A stretch of 64,000 nucleotides of DNA from Minisyncoccota bacterium (GTDB taxonomy: Bacteria > Patescibacteriota > Minisyncoccia > Phycocordibacterales > JABAAK01), in NCBI GenBank assembly GCA_965204115.1, contig OZ241963.1, positions 306,489 to 370,488 of the forward strand, read 5' to 3'. This document shows, piece after piece, positions 18,898 to 28,663 of this stretch (positions are counted from its first letter, which is position 1; each line of letters opens with the position of its first letter). The notes beneath the pieces were generated by a model. That model had not been told where the DNA came from. It worked only from the letters and a program-made list of their open reading frames with translations, and searched no databases. A program made the position numbers and the translations under genes.

Positions 18898-19965
18898 ATG
18901 ATTACCACATATTCTGATTACCACACAAAGAGAAAAATTACTACGGGGCGACTGATATACCTACTTACCACTCTGGGCGTTGTTTTGCTTGTATTCCTGT
19001 TCTCAGTTGGCTACCGAGCAGTAACCGCTTACACCCAGTCCCTGCACGAACAAATTGAGGGTATTAAAACACAGCACCAAGATGAGATTGACACCCTGAT
19101 GGAGCAGCAAAAAGCGGCTGTTGAGGCAGCAGAGGAAGCGAAATGGGTTGCTACGAAAGAGGCACAAGTAGTGAAGGCGGCTATGGAGCGCGCACAAAGA
19201 GAGGTGAAAGCAGCTGCTATCACCCCTATTTCGACCGACACCAGTGTTGGCAGCAGCACAGACCTCACGGCAGCAGAGATCGAGCGATTGTCTCGTTCAA
19301 TTGTAGAAATTAAGTGTAGTCGTATGGCCGGTTCCGGCTTCCTGTTCAGAATACCGAATAAGTCTGGTGGTGTACGAAATGCCGTATTTACCAACAACCA
19401 CACTATTGAGAAGGATATGCGTGCCGGAACGCCGTCGTGTTATGTGGATAATGACTTTTTCCCGACCGCAGCACCTACTGGAGTTATTGACATCAGACCG
19501 GATAAGGATAAGATGACAGTGTTTAACCATTATGCTGACTTTGTGGCAGCAGACCTGCACTTGTTGCACGGCGATGACCGAAAGAAGCTTGACGAAAGGT
19601 ACCGCGCGGGAGAAAGGTACCTTAGCCAGCTCGATTTCTTTTCTTTGGACACGATGCCATTGTGTCCGGCCGACCACCCTACAGGGAGTGTTGTATATGC
19701 GATGGGATACCCAACATACTCACGAGGAAACATTGTCGTAGTGAAGAACAGCATTATCGGAAAAGACAACATGATCAAAAACCTTCCTCATGATGACTAT
19801 CTCACATCAGCAAGTATCGATTCTGGGATGTCCGGTGGAGCAGCTTTTTCTAAAACAAAGAACGGAGAAATCTGCCTGCTCGGCATAAACACCTGGGTAC
19901 TCAAAGGCACCTACGAAAATGTCGGTGTTATCCAGAACATCCACAACATCATGTACTCGAAATAA
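18898..19965 (+). CDS. membrane-anchored trypsin-like (S1/chymotrypsin fold) serine protease
   Basis: A TM anchor and a coiled-coil region, then a protease domain with GDSGGP-like SIDSGMSGGAAF and His region FTNNHTI. The longest ORF starts at 18763; the likely start is MITTYSDYH at 18898. Confidence 0.7.
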   Translation: MITTYSDYHTKRKITTGRLIYLLTTLGVVLLVFLFSVGYRAVTAYTQSLHEQIEGIKTQHQDEIDTLMEQQKAAVEAAEEAKWVATKEAQVVKAAMERAQREVKAAAITPISTDTSVGSSTDLTAAEIERLSRSIVEIKCSRMAGSGFLFRIPNKSGGVRNAVFTNNHTIEKDMRAGTPSCYVDNDFFPTAAPTGVIDIRPDKDKMTVFNHYADFVAADLHLLHGDDRKKLDERYRAGERYLSQLDFFSLDTMPLCPADHPTGSVVYAMGYPTYSRGNIVVVKNSIIGKDNMIKNLPHDDYLTSASIDSGMSGGAAFSKTKNGEICLLGINTWVLKGTYENVGVIQNIHNIMYSK

Positions 19966-19986
19966 GCATTTAGCTTTTCGGCAGAA

Positions 19987-20030
19987 AACAACACCACGCC
20001 CACTATAGGGCGCGGTGTTGTTTTTATTCG
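19987..20030. terminator. bidirectional rho-independent terminator between the protease gene and pilM
   Basis: A 15-bp stem AACAACACCACGCCC/GGGCGCGGTGTTGTT (1 mismatch) with loop ACTATA, followed by TTTTT on the + strand and a U-rich run on the minus strand. Confidence 0.6.
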
Positions 20031-20068
20031 TACTCTAATACTTTTTTCATCTCTTTCCTCAACCGTTA

Positions 20069-21184
20069 CTACCCCTCCAATGCCCGTAGAGCAGCGCCGA
20101 CGGCGACGGAGAATTCTGATCCGCTTTCTTTGAGGGTTTCGCTGAGGAGGGCAGGATGCCGCAGCCGTGAAAAAGGGTTTGCTATCTCAACACTGTTTTT
20201 TGTTTTTGCCTTCACCTCTTCCAGAAGTCCTTTCATAGATGCGCCGCCGCCGGTGAGTACAATCTTAGAGATGGATTGACGGTATCGCTGCTCAAAATCA
20301 ACAATCGCGTTGTTTGCTTCCGTGAAAATCTCATCAATAACTAATGACATCGCATGGCGGACTTCCTTGTCCTCTATGGTAAAGCCGAATTCCCGCTTTT
20401 TGTGTTCTGCCTCTTTGAATGATATGTCTTCCGCGCGCGCTATTGCCTGCGATATATTCTGCCCTCCTTGGTTTACGAAAAATGATCGAAGAATAATGCC
20501 GTGTTCAACGACATATAGTTTTGTGGATCGCGCCCCTATGTCGATGATGATGACCGGAAGCCCGCCATCATACACCGAGGAACGAAGTGTGCTGAATATC
20601 TCAATTTCAAAGTATTGGGTGTTTAGGGCAGTTTTCCCCAGAATGTTTTTATGTTTGATAAGTTCGTGGTTGTGAATGGCGATGAGGAGCACTTTTCGTT
20701 TTTCACTCTGTGCGATAGGTGCAATGTCATCCTCAAAAATAGGCGCGTCATCCCGTCTCAAGAGTGCCTGTGGCACTACAAACCAGTCCAGCGATACATC
20801 TTCCAATGGTACCGGGATGTATCGCTTTGCCTCAAAAGGAATGGTTTGCGCTATTTTCTCATCGGAGAGTGCCGGCACTTCAATGAGTGATATCAAGCTG
20901 GAGTGAAATGGTATGGAAACACACGCCAGCGATGCGGTTATCTTTGCTTCTTGCAGCAGCGCCGCTAATACCGTGTGCAGCACTTCTTCACCGGCGTTTG
21001 CGTGCTGTCCAATCTCAGTATCCTCCACATAGGGTCCGATTGCCAATGATCCGTAGGTCTCTAAGACGGCAACCCCTTTTTCCTGCCGCACTTGTACCAC
21101 TTTCACTGCGGATGACCCGATGTCTATCCCGACAACACTGTGCTTGCCCCTCTTTAAAAACGAAAAAACTCGTGGTATTGGCAT
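20069..21184 (-). CDS. pilM: type IV pilus assembly protein PilM (actin-like ATPase)
   Basis: VGIDIGSSAVKVVQV phosphate-1 motif, IIDIGARSTKLYVV and LTGGGA motifs; 371 aa. Confidence 0.85.
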   Translation of the reverse strand: MPIPRVFSFLKRGKHSVVGIDIGSSAVKVVQVRQEKGVAVLETYGSLAIGPYVEDTEIGQHANAGEEVLHTVLAALLQEAKITASLACVSIPFHSSLISLIEVPALSDEKIAQTIPFEAKRYIPVPLEDVSLDWFVVPQALLRRDDAPIFEDDIAPIAQSEKRKVLLIAIHNHELIKHKNILGKTALNTQYFEIEIFSTLRSSVYDGGLPVIIIDIGARSTKLYVVEHGIILRSFFVNQGGQNISQAIARAEDISFKEAEHKKREFGFTIEDKEVRHAMSLVIDEIFTEANNAIVDFEQRYRQSISKIVLTGGGASMKGLLEEVKAKTKNSVEIANPFSRLRHPALLSETLKESGSEFSVAVGAALRALEG

Positions 21185-21219
21185 TGTATTAAAAGTATTT
21201 AGGTATAGTATACAGTATA

Positions 21220-21879
21220 ATGACGGTAAAAAATTGGTTTATTGATTTTTTGGCAGCGCTATTGGAGGCGGCATTTCCGAAAAAGAAGCACAGTGTCGCT
21301 GCACAAAAACAGGGCGCTGAGGTCATTACCCGCCGGATACGGCCGACCCATCGGCGGGGACATCTTACCTTCCTGCCATATCGCGATAGTGCGGTGAAAC
21401 ACTTTTTATACGCCATAAAGTATGAACGGCACCGTGAGAGCATTACTTTGGCAGCGGATATTTTTCGGGATGCTCTGTATGAGGCAGTGCAGGAGGAGGA
21501 GACGATACATGCCATGCGTTATGCTCTCTGCACCGTGCCGGCAACATCAGAGCGGAGCGCGCACGACGGCTATAATCACCTGCACACCATCCTTGATGTG
21601 CTGTATACCCATACGCCAAATACTGAGCCCTCTCCGGAAGATAAAAGAAATCTGCTCACCTGGAATCGATCGGTCAGCAGACAAAGCTCCCTGAAAAACC
21701 GGCCGGAACGGTACCGCAATGTCAACGGCGCAATGGCTGTTACTGAGCAAATCCATCCCAATACTATCTACTTTGTTATAGATGACATTACCACTACCGG
21801 TGCCACCCTCACCGAAGCTCGCCGAACGCTCACTGCAAACGGCGCACATACGGTTATTACCCTTGCCCTCGCACATTAG
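21220..21879 (+). CDS. comFC: ComF family protein (phosphoribosyltransferase domain, ComFC-like)
   Basis: C-terminal PRTase motif FVIDDITTTGATLTEA; 219 aa. Promoter is divergent from pilM. Confidence 0.75.
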   Translation: MTVKNWFIDFLAALLEAAFPKKKHSVAAQKQGAEVITRRIRPTHRRGHLTFLPYRDSAVKHFLYAIKYERHRESITLAADIFRDALYEAVQEEETIHAMRYALCTVPATSERSAHDGYNHLHTILDVLYTHTPNTEPSPEDKRNLLTWNRSVSRQSSLKNRPERYRNVNGAMAVTEQIHPNTIYFVIDDITTTGATLTEARRTLTANGAHTVITLALAH

Positions 21880-21897
21880 GTACCGACAACATGCACC

Positions 21898-23790
21898 TTA
21901 CCGTACTTCATACCCACCCTGCCCTAATGTCTCATATACACCGTCCATCTGCTTGTTCACTGTTGCATCATCAAGGGTTTCAGTGTTTGATTGGAACACC
22001 AGGCGGAATGCGTATGACTGCCGACCATCTTTCTCGAATGCATCAAATACATTGACCTGCTGCAAATATTCTCCGCCGCTCTTTCGCAAAAGTGCTTCCG
22101 TTTTCTTTGCGTCAGCGCCTTCCGGCACAAACACTGCCACATCCCGCAAGATGAACGGATACTTAGATGGCGGCACATACTGTACCCTGTGTATTGATGC
22201 TGTTTCTCCGGCAGCGTGACGCACCTGCGTCGCCTCCAGCGGCACTTCCCATACCCCGTCCTCAAAACCGCCTGCGATGTCCAGCACTTGCTTCACCTCC
22301 TTTTCAATAGCCGCCATATCCGCCTTTCCTCGCCCTAATGTTTCCCGAGCGCCGAGCGCAAGATGGGTCTTCTCCCCTTTTTTGGTAAATACATTCCCGA
22401 TTTCTGCAACTCGTACCGCATCCAGCCCTAATAATTCTCCGTTGTAGGCGTTCTGTTCTAGCGCCTTCTCTACCCCCGGTCGTAACGATGACCGCAGGCA
22501 CCCTTTATCTTTAGCCACCGGACGCGCAACACATACAGTGTCCTTTGCACGAAACGAGGAGGTCATCACTTCAGAAAACCCGATACCCTGTAATGCCCGC
22601 AATACCGAAATCCGTTTCATCAGCATGTCAGTATTCGCCGACACAAGCCGGTTGCGCGTCCGCATGAACAAGGAACGCAGCTTGCCGCCCGTGGGTGGAA
22701 TACTTGGGACTGAATCATATCCGAGTATCCGCCCTATCTCCTCAATCATGTCATATTCATCCCGCACATCCGGTCGCTCGATCGGTATTGACACAGTGAA
22801 TTGTTCCTGAGAATCGTTTTTGCGCGTAAATTCCAGTCGTTGTAATGCATCGGCAATTTCTTTCTGAGTGTAAGCGGTGCCGAGCAATGTGTTCACCCCG
22901 ACAACTGAGACCTTCACTTCTTCCTGCTTTTTCAATGAAACTCTTTGATCGTCAAATGAATCAACAGTAGAGCCGTGCTGCCCGAACAACTCTGCGACAC
23001 GGTGTGCAGTATAATCAATGAGCTCCGGCGGGAACCCTTGTGAAAAACGCAATGCGGCATCAGATATAAGTCCTACTCGCCGCATTGTTCGCCGTACACT
23101 TACATTGTTAAACGAAGCGATCTCTATGTACACTTCCTTCGTGTCCTCATCCACCCTTGTTTCCTCACCTCCTTTCACACCCGCAAGTGCGATAGAGCGA
23201 TCATTCTTCGCATCTGTTATCACCACATCATCCTCCCGCAGCGCCACCTCTTCTCCGCCAAGTATTACCAATTGTTCATCAGCTTTTGCCTGCCGCACGC
23301 CGAACTGCCCCGACACTTTCCGCGCGTCAAATGCGTGTATCGGTTGCCCGATATCAAATAAAATATAGTTTGACAAATCAACAATCGGATGAATACACCG
23401 CTGCCCGACTGCCTCAAGATGTTTCTGTATTTTTGCAGGTGTCTCAGCGAGTGCTATATTCGTGACTTTCAGTATGGTGTACCGATCGCATTTCTCTGTT
23501 TGTATATATTCCGCCGCGTTGTTGAATGAAAACTGCTCCTGAAAATATCGCCGCTTGAGCGGTAATGAAAATATTGCTGCGATTTCTTTTGCGATGCCGT
23601 AGTGCGCGAGACAGTCAGCAGACCGATTCGGCAGGATGTCCAGTTCATACACCGTATCACCACCCTCCATAGAGCACACTTCTTCAATTTCAAATGAGTG
23701 CTTCAGTAGCCCCTCACTCACCGCCTCGGGTGCAGGCAGCGGTTTATCAAAAAAACTTTGTAGCCATTGATGGCTGTATACACCTTTCAT
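21898..23790 (-). CDS. pheT: phenylalanyl-tRNA synthetase beta subunit (short form lacking the N-terminal tRNA-binding domain)
   Basis: B3/4 domain, B5 domain and C-terminal FDX-ACB-like region; 630 aa; immediately downstream of pheS. Confidence 0.9.
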   Translation of the reverse strand: MKGVYSHQWLQSFFDKPLPAPEAVSEGLLKHSFEIEEVCSMEGGDTVYELDILPNRSADCLAHYGIAKEIAAIFSLPLKRRYFQEQFSFNNAAEYIQTEKCDRYTILKVTNIALAETPAKIQKHLEAVGQRCIHPIVDLSNYILFDIGQPIHAFDARKVSGQFGVRQAKADEQLVILGGEEVALREDDVVITDAKNDRSIALAGVKGGEETRVDEDTKEVYIEIASFNNVSVRRTMRRVGLISDAALRFSQGFPPELIDYTAHRVAELFGQHGSTVDSFDDQRVSLKKQEEVKVSVVGVNTLLGTAYTQKEIADALQRLEFTRKNDSQEQFTVSIPIERPDVRDEYDMIEEIGRILGYDSVPSIPPTGGKLRSLFMRTRNRLVSANTDMLMKRISVLRALQGIGFSEVMTSSFRAKDTVCVARPVAKDKGCLRSSLRPGVEKALEQNAYNGELLGLDAVRVAEIGNVFTKKGEKTHLALGARETLGRGKADMAAIEKEVKQVLDIAGGFEDGVWEVPLEATQVRHAAGETASIHRVQYVPPSKYPFILRDVAVFVPEGADAKKTEALLRKSGGEYLQQVNVFDAFEKDGRQSYAFRLVFQSNTETLDDATVNKQMDGVYETLGQGGYEVR

Positions 23791-23792
23791 AA

Positions 23793-24500
23793 TTAAAACT
23801 GAGTAACTAGTCGCAGATCACCGTTGTAGAGCAGGCGAATGTCGCTGATGCGATGCCGCAACATTGCGATGCGATCCACCCCCATTCCGAACGCAAAACC
23901 ACGATACTTGCCGGAATCAATACCCACCCGCGCAAGCACTTGCCGATGTACCATACCGCACCCTAACACCTCAAGCCATTTCTCATCGCTCTCCCGCTTC
24001 ATATCCACCTCTAAGCTCGGCTCCGTAAACGGAAAGAAGCTCGGCCGATACCGCACCTGCACGACATCACCGAACAGTCGCCGCAGCAGTGTGTCAAGTA
24101 TCCCTTTCATATCCGCCAAGGTTGCGTCTTCAGTAACACACAACCCCTCTATCTGATGAAACTGCACCTCATGGGTTGCGTCAGTCGCCTCGTTCCGAAA
24201 TACTTTCCCCGGCACCACCACCCGCACCGGTGGTTTATGTTTCTCCATATACCGCACCTGCACCGGTGAGGTGTGTGTCCTCATTAATTTCTCTTTTTCA
24301 CCTTTGATCCAGAAGGTGTCGTGCATTTCCCGCGCAGGATGTTCCTCAGGGATATTCAGCGCCTCAAAATTATAGTACGCCGTCTCTAATTCCGGTCCGG
24401 AAGCAACTTGATATCCAAATTCCCGAAAAATACCCACAATCTCCCCCATTATTGCTGAAATTGGGTGCATGCTCCCCTGCTTCTCCTGCCCGCTCTTCAT
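23793..24500 (-). CDS. pheS: phenylalanyl-tRNA synthetase alpha subunit (short form)
   Basis: Class II motifs: FRNEATDATHEVQFHQIEGL and GFAFGMGVDRIAML. The longest ORF runs to 24542; the likely start is MKSGQEK at 24500, with TATACT -10 8 nt upstream. Confidence 0.9.
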   Translation of the reverse strand: MKSGQEKQGSMHPISAIMGEIVGIFREFGYQVASGPELETAYYNFEALNIPEEHPAREMHDTFWIKGEKEKLMRTHTSPVQVRYMEKHKPPVRVVVPGKVFRNEATDATHEVQFHQIEGLCVTEDATLADMKGILDTLLRRLFGDVVQVRYRPSFFPFTEPSLEVDMKRESDEKWLEVLGCGMVHRQVLARVGIDSGKYRGFAFGMGVDRIAMLRHRISDIRLLYNGDLRLVTQF

Positions 24501-24553
24501 TGGTACACAGTATATCACACTCGCTTTGGACAACTGTGGCACTATACTCTCTA

Positions 24554-25021
24554 ATGGTGCTTATTCTCTTAGAAAACATCCGTAGCATGCTTAATGTCGG
24601 CGGTGTATTTAGAATTGCCGATGCGGTTGGATCTGAAAAGATATTGCTTGTCGGGTATACACCGGCACCGATAGACAGGATGGGCCGGGAAAATATGAAA
24701 CTTGCTAAAACTGCGCTTGGCGCGGAGCGATCTGTCTTGTGGCAGCGGTACGAAACCACCCCTGATGCGCTTGCCGCACATCCGGAGCATAGTCCGATAG
24801 TTGTGGAACAAACACCAACGGCGATACCATACACTGAGCACAGGGTGTCGCGCAATTCTTTGTACATTTTTGGCAGTGAGACAGACGGTGTGCAGTCGGA
24901 GACACTGGGCACTATTGCCACCCACATTCACCTCCCGATGCACGGAATGAAAGAATCACTTAATGTGACTACCGCAGCTGCGGTCATTCTGTACCACCAC
25001 CTTTTCGCTGCGCAGGTATAG
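24554..25021 (+). CDS. SpoU/TrmH family RNA 2'-O-methyltransferase
   Basis: SPOUT motifs ENIRSMLNVGGVFRIADAVG and LNVTTAAAVILY. The ORF starts at 24452 overlapping pheS; the likely start is MVLILLENIRS at 24554, with TATACT 5 nt upstream. Confidence 0.75.
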   Translation: MVLILLENIRSMLNVGGVFRIADAVGSEKILLVGYTPAPIDRMGRENMKLAKTALGAERSVLWQRYETTPDALAAHPEHSPIVVEQTPTAIPYTEHRVSRNSLYIFGSETDGVQSETLGTIATHIHLPMHGMKESLNVTTAAAVILYHHLFAAQV

Positions 25022-25024
25022 TGC

Positions 25025-26410
25025 TTATTCACCGTATCGCACGGTAACGGTTATCTTTTTCTCGTTTGCTGGCAATGTGTTGCGCCATGCAGGGAATATG
25101 GTTGGTGTTTTGTGCTGTATCACTTGCGGGTATTCATTCGTAAGGATGTCGGCAACCTCTTTGCGGTTTTTTCTGACGATGTCGCTCGTGAGCAGTTCCG
25201 TGTCAATATCCCAGGATAGCTTTGCCGTTCCGCTCAGGCGGAAACTGAACTCTGTTGAAGAGATAATTTCAAACTCATCACTTTTTTCAAGACTCATAGA
25301 TAAATCTTTTGCTTCAATGCGCGCCGGTGGCACCGTTTGTACCGGTGATGATGTGTATTTTGCCAGTAGTGCCGCAAGCTCCGTTTCTCGGAATGATATT
25401 GCATAGAGTTCCCCTTTTTCACAAATCATTTGATCTTCACACCCTTCATCTTTCTTCGTTAGCGACTCAAACTCAATAAATATTCCCTCTTCAAACACTA
25501 CCCGCTCAGACAGTGAATTGTTTGCCACTGACTGTGCTAACATATCCCGCACCTCTTTTTCTATGTTTCGGCGCAGGTGTTCCCGTATTTTTGCCGCCTC
25601 AGTCGGATCAGGGATGAAGTTCTCGCCACTGGATCCTCCGATAATTTTTTCGGTAGTGATTGCGTGGGAATCAGCAAATCCTTTATATTTTGCAAGACCG
25701 GGAATGGAGAGTCGAGTGCCTTTATTCGGCAAATTAAAGTCGTCGCCGAAATTGTCTGCCTCTATTTTTACCTCTTTACTGCCCGGTACAAATTTGCCGT
25801 TTACCGTTTTACCGCCCGGGATAACATGTGTTCCGATAAGCCGATACATCTTGCCGTTTTCGGACTGCAGCCTCGTGCGGTTGATGAGTGGATCTAAGCT
25901 TTCGCCGGAAGGGTTAGTGTTATACAGTATAACGGTCCCGGTTGCTCGTGTGTTTTGCAGCTCCCAGGTCCCTTTTTCTATTGGTGCCGTTTGTGTGGCT
26001 TCAAACACGCCGAGTCGGGAGTATGAGATATCTTTTGACTGTGCCGGCTCACGCACTGCATTGAATACGCCGTCCACAGAAACCTCAGCGGTTGAGAGCG
26101 TCAAGTCCAGTGTCGCTGTCGCAAATACTGTCGTTAAGAGAAATAGCACAGTTATCGCAACGAGGGTGAAGAAGACCGCCGCCTTTTTTCCGATGCCGGA
26201 TTTTTGCTTTCGCCTCATTTGCCTCTGCGTACCCTGCCTGCCGATACTCCGCCTTCTTACTGTTTTTACTGACTGCCGCTTCTTTGCGCCGGTTCGTTTT
26301 TGTGCTCCACGCAGATTTGACCGCTCAATGGAGCGGAGATTTTTACCTCCTTCTGCTTCATCACTCTCTTCGGATGGTTGTATTTCTTCATTCATCTCCT
26401 CTTCTTCCAT
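25025..26410 (-). CDS. hypothetical membrane-anchored protein with a basic cytoplasmic N-terminus
   Basis: 461 aa: an acidic then Arg/Lys-rich N-terminus, one TM (AAVFFTLVAITVLFLLTTVFA) and a large extracytoplasmic domain. Extended -10 TGGTATAAT lies 11 nt upstream. Confidence 0.5.
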   Translation of the reverse strand: MEEEEMNEEIQPSEESDEAEGGKNLRSIERSNLRGAQKRTGAKKRQSVKTVRRRSIGRQGTQRQMRRKQKSGIGKKAAVFFTLVAITVLFLLTTVFATATLDLTLSTAEVSVDGVFNAVREPAQSKDISYSRLGVFEATQTAPIEKGTWELQNTRATGTVILYNTNPSGESLDPLINRTRLQSENGKMYRLIGTHVIPGGKTVNGKFVPGSKEVKIEADNFGDDFNLPNKGTRLSIPGLAKYKGFADSHAITTEKIIGGSSGENFIPDPTEAAKIREHLRRNIEKEVRDMLAQSVANNSLSERVVFEEGIFIEFESLTKKDEGCEDQMICEKGELYAISFRETELAALLAKYTSSPVQTVPPARIEAKDLSMSLEKSDEFEIISSTEFSFRLSGTAKLSWDIDTELLTSDIVRKNRKEVADILTNEYPQVIQHKTPTIFPAWRNTLPANEKKITVTVRYGE

Positions 26411-26515
26411 AGATGTCTTTTATTATACCACTATACTAGTCCCCAAAAATCTGCCTGTGGAATACAGCAAAGAATGAGTCGTCGCTGCAAAAAACCCAAC
26501 AAAACGGGCTGTTTA

Positions 26516-28633
26516 CTATATATCTAGGGTGGCGTAGGTTGCGTTTTCCTGTATAAATGCCTTTCGTGGGGCGACTTCGCTACCCATCAGCATATCAAAG
26601 GTTCTGTCAGCGTTTTCAGCATCCTCTATAGACACCCGCTTCAGTACTCGGTTTTCAACATTCATCGTGGTGTCGCGCAGCTCTTCAAAATTCATTTCGC
26701 CCAATCCTTTGTACCGCTGTACCGTCACACCTGCTATCTTTGCTTCGTCTTCGCTGATGTCGGCTTTTTTCTTGCTCGCCGCTTTTGTGGTCTTTTTCTT
26801 CGTGAACTCTTCCAGCACTGCATCCCGTTCTTGATCTGAATATACATACCGCATGTCCTTCCCTTTCGCCACCTTGTATAACGGTGGTTGTGCAAAATAG
26901 ACATTACCGCTCTCAATAAGCCGCTTGAAGTGGCGGAAAAAGAGGGTTAAGAGGAGTGTGCGGATGTGTGCTCCGTCAACATCGGCATCGGTCGCGATGA
27001 TGATCTTATCGTAGCGCAATTTTTCTATATCAAATGAATCGCCGATGGAGGTTCCCAGGGCGATGGCAAGTGCTTTTATCTCCTCTGATGCCATCATCCG
27101 GTCTATACGCACCCGCTCTACATTCAGTATTTTTCCGCGCAACGGCAACACCGCTTGTGTCTTCCTGTCTCTCCCCTGTTTTGCGGTGCCGCCTGCCGAT
27201 TCTCCCTCCACAATGAAAAGCTCGGAATCCGCGCGGTTTCGTGATTGGCAGTCCGCCAGTTTGCCGGGCAGGGTCATGCCGTCAAACGCGCCTTTTCGCA
27301 GAATACTGTCCTTTACTGCGCGCGCCGCTTTTCGCGCTTGTAATGCTAATGACACCTTGGTGACGATGTTTCGCGCGTCAGCAGGGTGTTCTTCTAAAAA
27401 TGTTTTAAATGCTTTATTGAAAGCACTTTGTACTGCCGATCGCGCCTCTACGCTTCCGAGTTTTGCTTTCGTTTGTCCCTCAAATTGAATTTCCGGCAGT
27501 TTGACTGAAACAATAGCCGTGATGCCTTCCAGTGCATCATCAGCGGTAAAGTTATCAGCATCTTTGGTGAGATTCTTATCCTTCGCATAGGTGTTGACAA
27601 CTCTGGTCAGCGCGGTTTTGAAGCCGGTCACATGAGTCCCGCCTTCGGTGTTCGGGATGGTGTTTCCGAAGGCAAACAGGCGCGGGGATATGTCGTCTAC
27701 ATACTGTAAAGCAATCTCTACTCCCACATCACCGACCTGCTCCTCGGTGTAAAAAATGTTCTGATGGATGGGCTTTTGTCGGTTGTTGTGGTACCGCACG
27801 AACGAGGTGAGACCGCTGTCATAGAAAAATGAATAGGTCGGCGCTTCCGGCAGTTCCGCATGCACAAAGAGGGAATCCTCCAGGATGTTTTTTGTTTCTG
27901 CCTGCCTTGCGTCAACGATTCGGATGTGCAATGATTTTACCAAAAACGCTTGGTTGCGCATATGGTCTTTGATGCGCTTTATGTCAAACACTTCGCCGTT
28001 AAATTCAGTGGTGGTGAAAACGGACGGGTCTGCGCGAAACTGCACCACGGTTCCCTTTCTGTCTGTGGAGCCGATTTTTTTTACCTTTGCAGTCGGCTTG
28101 CCGAGGTGGTACTCCTGTTGAAATAATGTTTTTTCCCGGTGTACCCGCACCAACACCTCGGTTGATAGGGCGTTGACAACTGATACTCCGACACCGTGCA
28201 GTCCGCCTGATACCTTGTATCCGCCATCTCCGAATTTTCCTCCTGCGTGTAGGGTAGTCATGATGGTTTCAAGCGCGGATACTTTTGTCTTTGGATGGAT
28301 GTCGGTCGGGATACCCCGTCCATTGTCCGCCACCCGCACCACATCGTCAGGTAGGAGGGTGATTTCAATCTCATTCGCATGCCCCGCCATCGCCTCATCC
28401 CGCGAGTTATCAAATACTTCCCAGATGAGGTGATAGAGTCCGTCAATCCCGGTTGTTCCGATGTACATTCCGGGTCGACGGCGCACTGCCTCAAGCCCTT
28501 CGAGGACCGTGATGTCGCTGGCACTGTAGCTGCTGTCCTGCACGGTCGCCTTACTCGCTGCTTTTGCTGTCGATTTTTTAGCGGCTTTTTTAACAGATTT
28601 TTTCTTGACTGTTTTCTTCTTCGGCTTCGGCAT
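26516..28633 (-). CDS. gyrB: DNA gyrase subunit B with Lys-rich N-terminal extension
   Basis: GHKL ATPase region (LYHLIWEVFDNSRDEAMAG), the TOPRIM EGESAGG motif and PLRGKILNVE. Likely start is MPKPKKK at 28633, with TGGTATACT 9 nt upstream. Confidence 0.9.
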   Translation of the reverse strand: MPKPKKKTVKKKSVKKAAKKSTAKAASKATVQDSSYSASDITVLEGLEAVRRRPGMYIGTTGIDGLYHLIWEVFDNSRDEAMAGHANEIEITLLPDDVVRVADNGRGIPTDIHPKTKVSALETIMTTLHAGGKFGDGGYKVSGGLHGVGVSVVNALSTEVLVRVHREKTLFQQEYHLGKPTAKVKKIGSTDRKGTVVQFRADPSVFTTTEFNGEVFDIKRIKDHMRNQAFLVKSLHIRIVDARQAETKNILEDSLFVHAELPEAPTYSFFYDSGLTSFVRYHNNRQKPIHQNIFYTEEQVGDVGVEIALQYVDDISPRLFAFGNTIPNTEGGTHVTGFKTALTRVVNTYAKDKNLTKDADNFTADDALEGITAIVSVKLPEIQFEGQTKAKLGSVEARSAVQSAFNKAFKTFLEEHPADARNIVTKVSLALQARKAARAVKDSILRKGAFDGMTLPGKLADCQSRNRADSELFIVEGESAGGTAKQGRDRKTQAVLPLRGKILNVERVRIDRMMASEEIKALAIALGTSIGDSFDIEKLRYDKIIIATDADVDGAHIRTLLLTLFFRHFKRLIESGNVYFAQPPLYKVAKGKDMRYVYSDQERDAVLEEFTKKKTTKAASKKKADISEDEAKIAGVTVQRYKGLGEMNFEELRDTTMNVENRVLKRVSIEDAENADRTFDMLMGSEVAPRKAFIQENATYATLDI

Positions 28634-28663
28634 ATATAGGGGAGTATACCACACCTTTATGGC

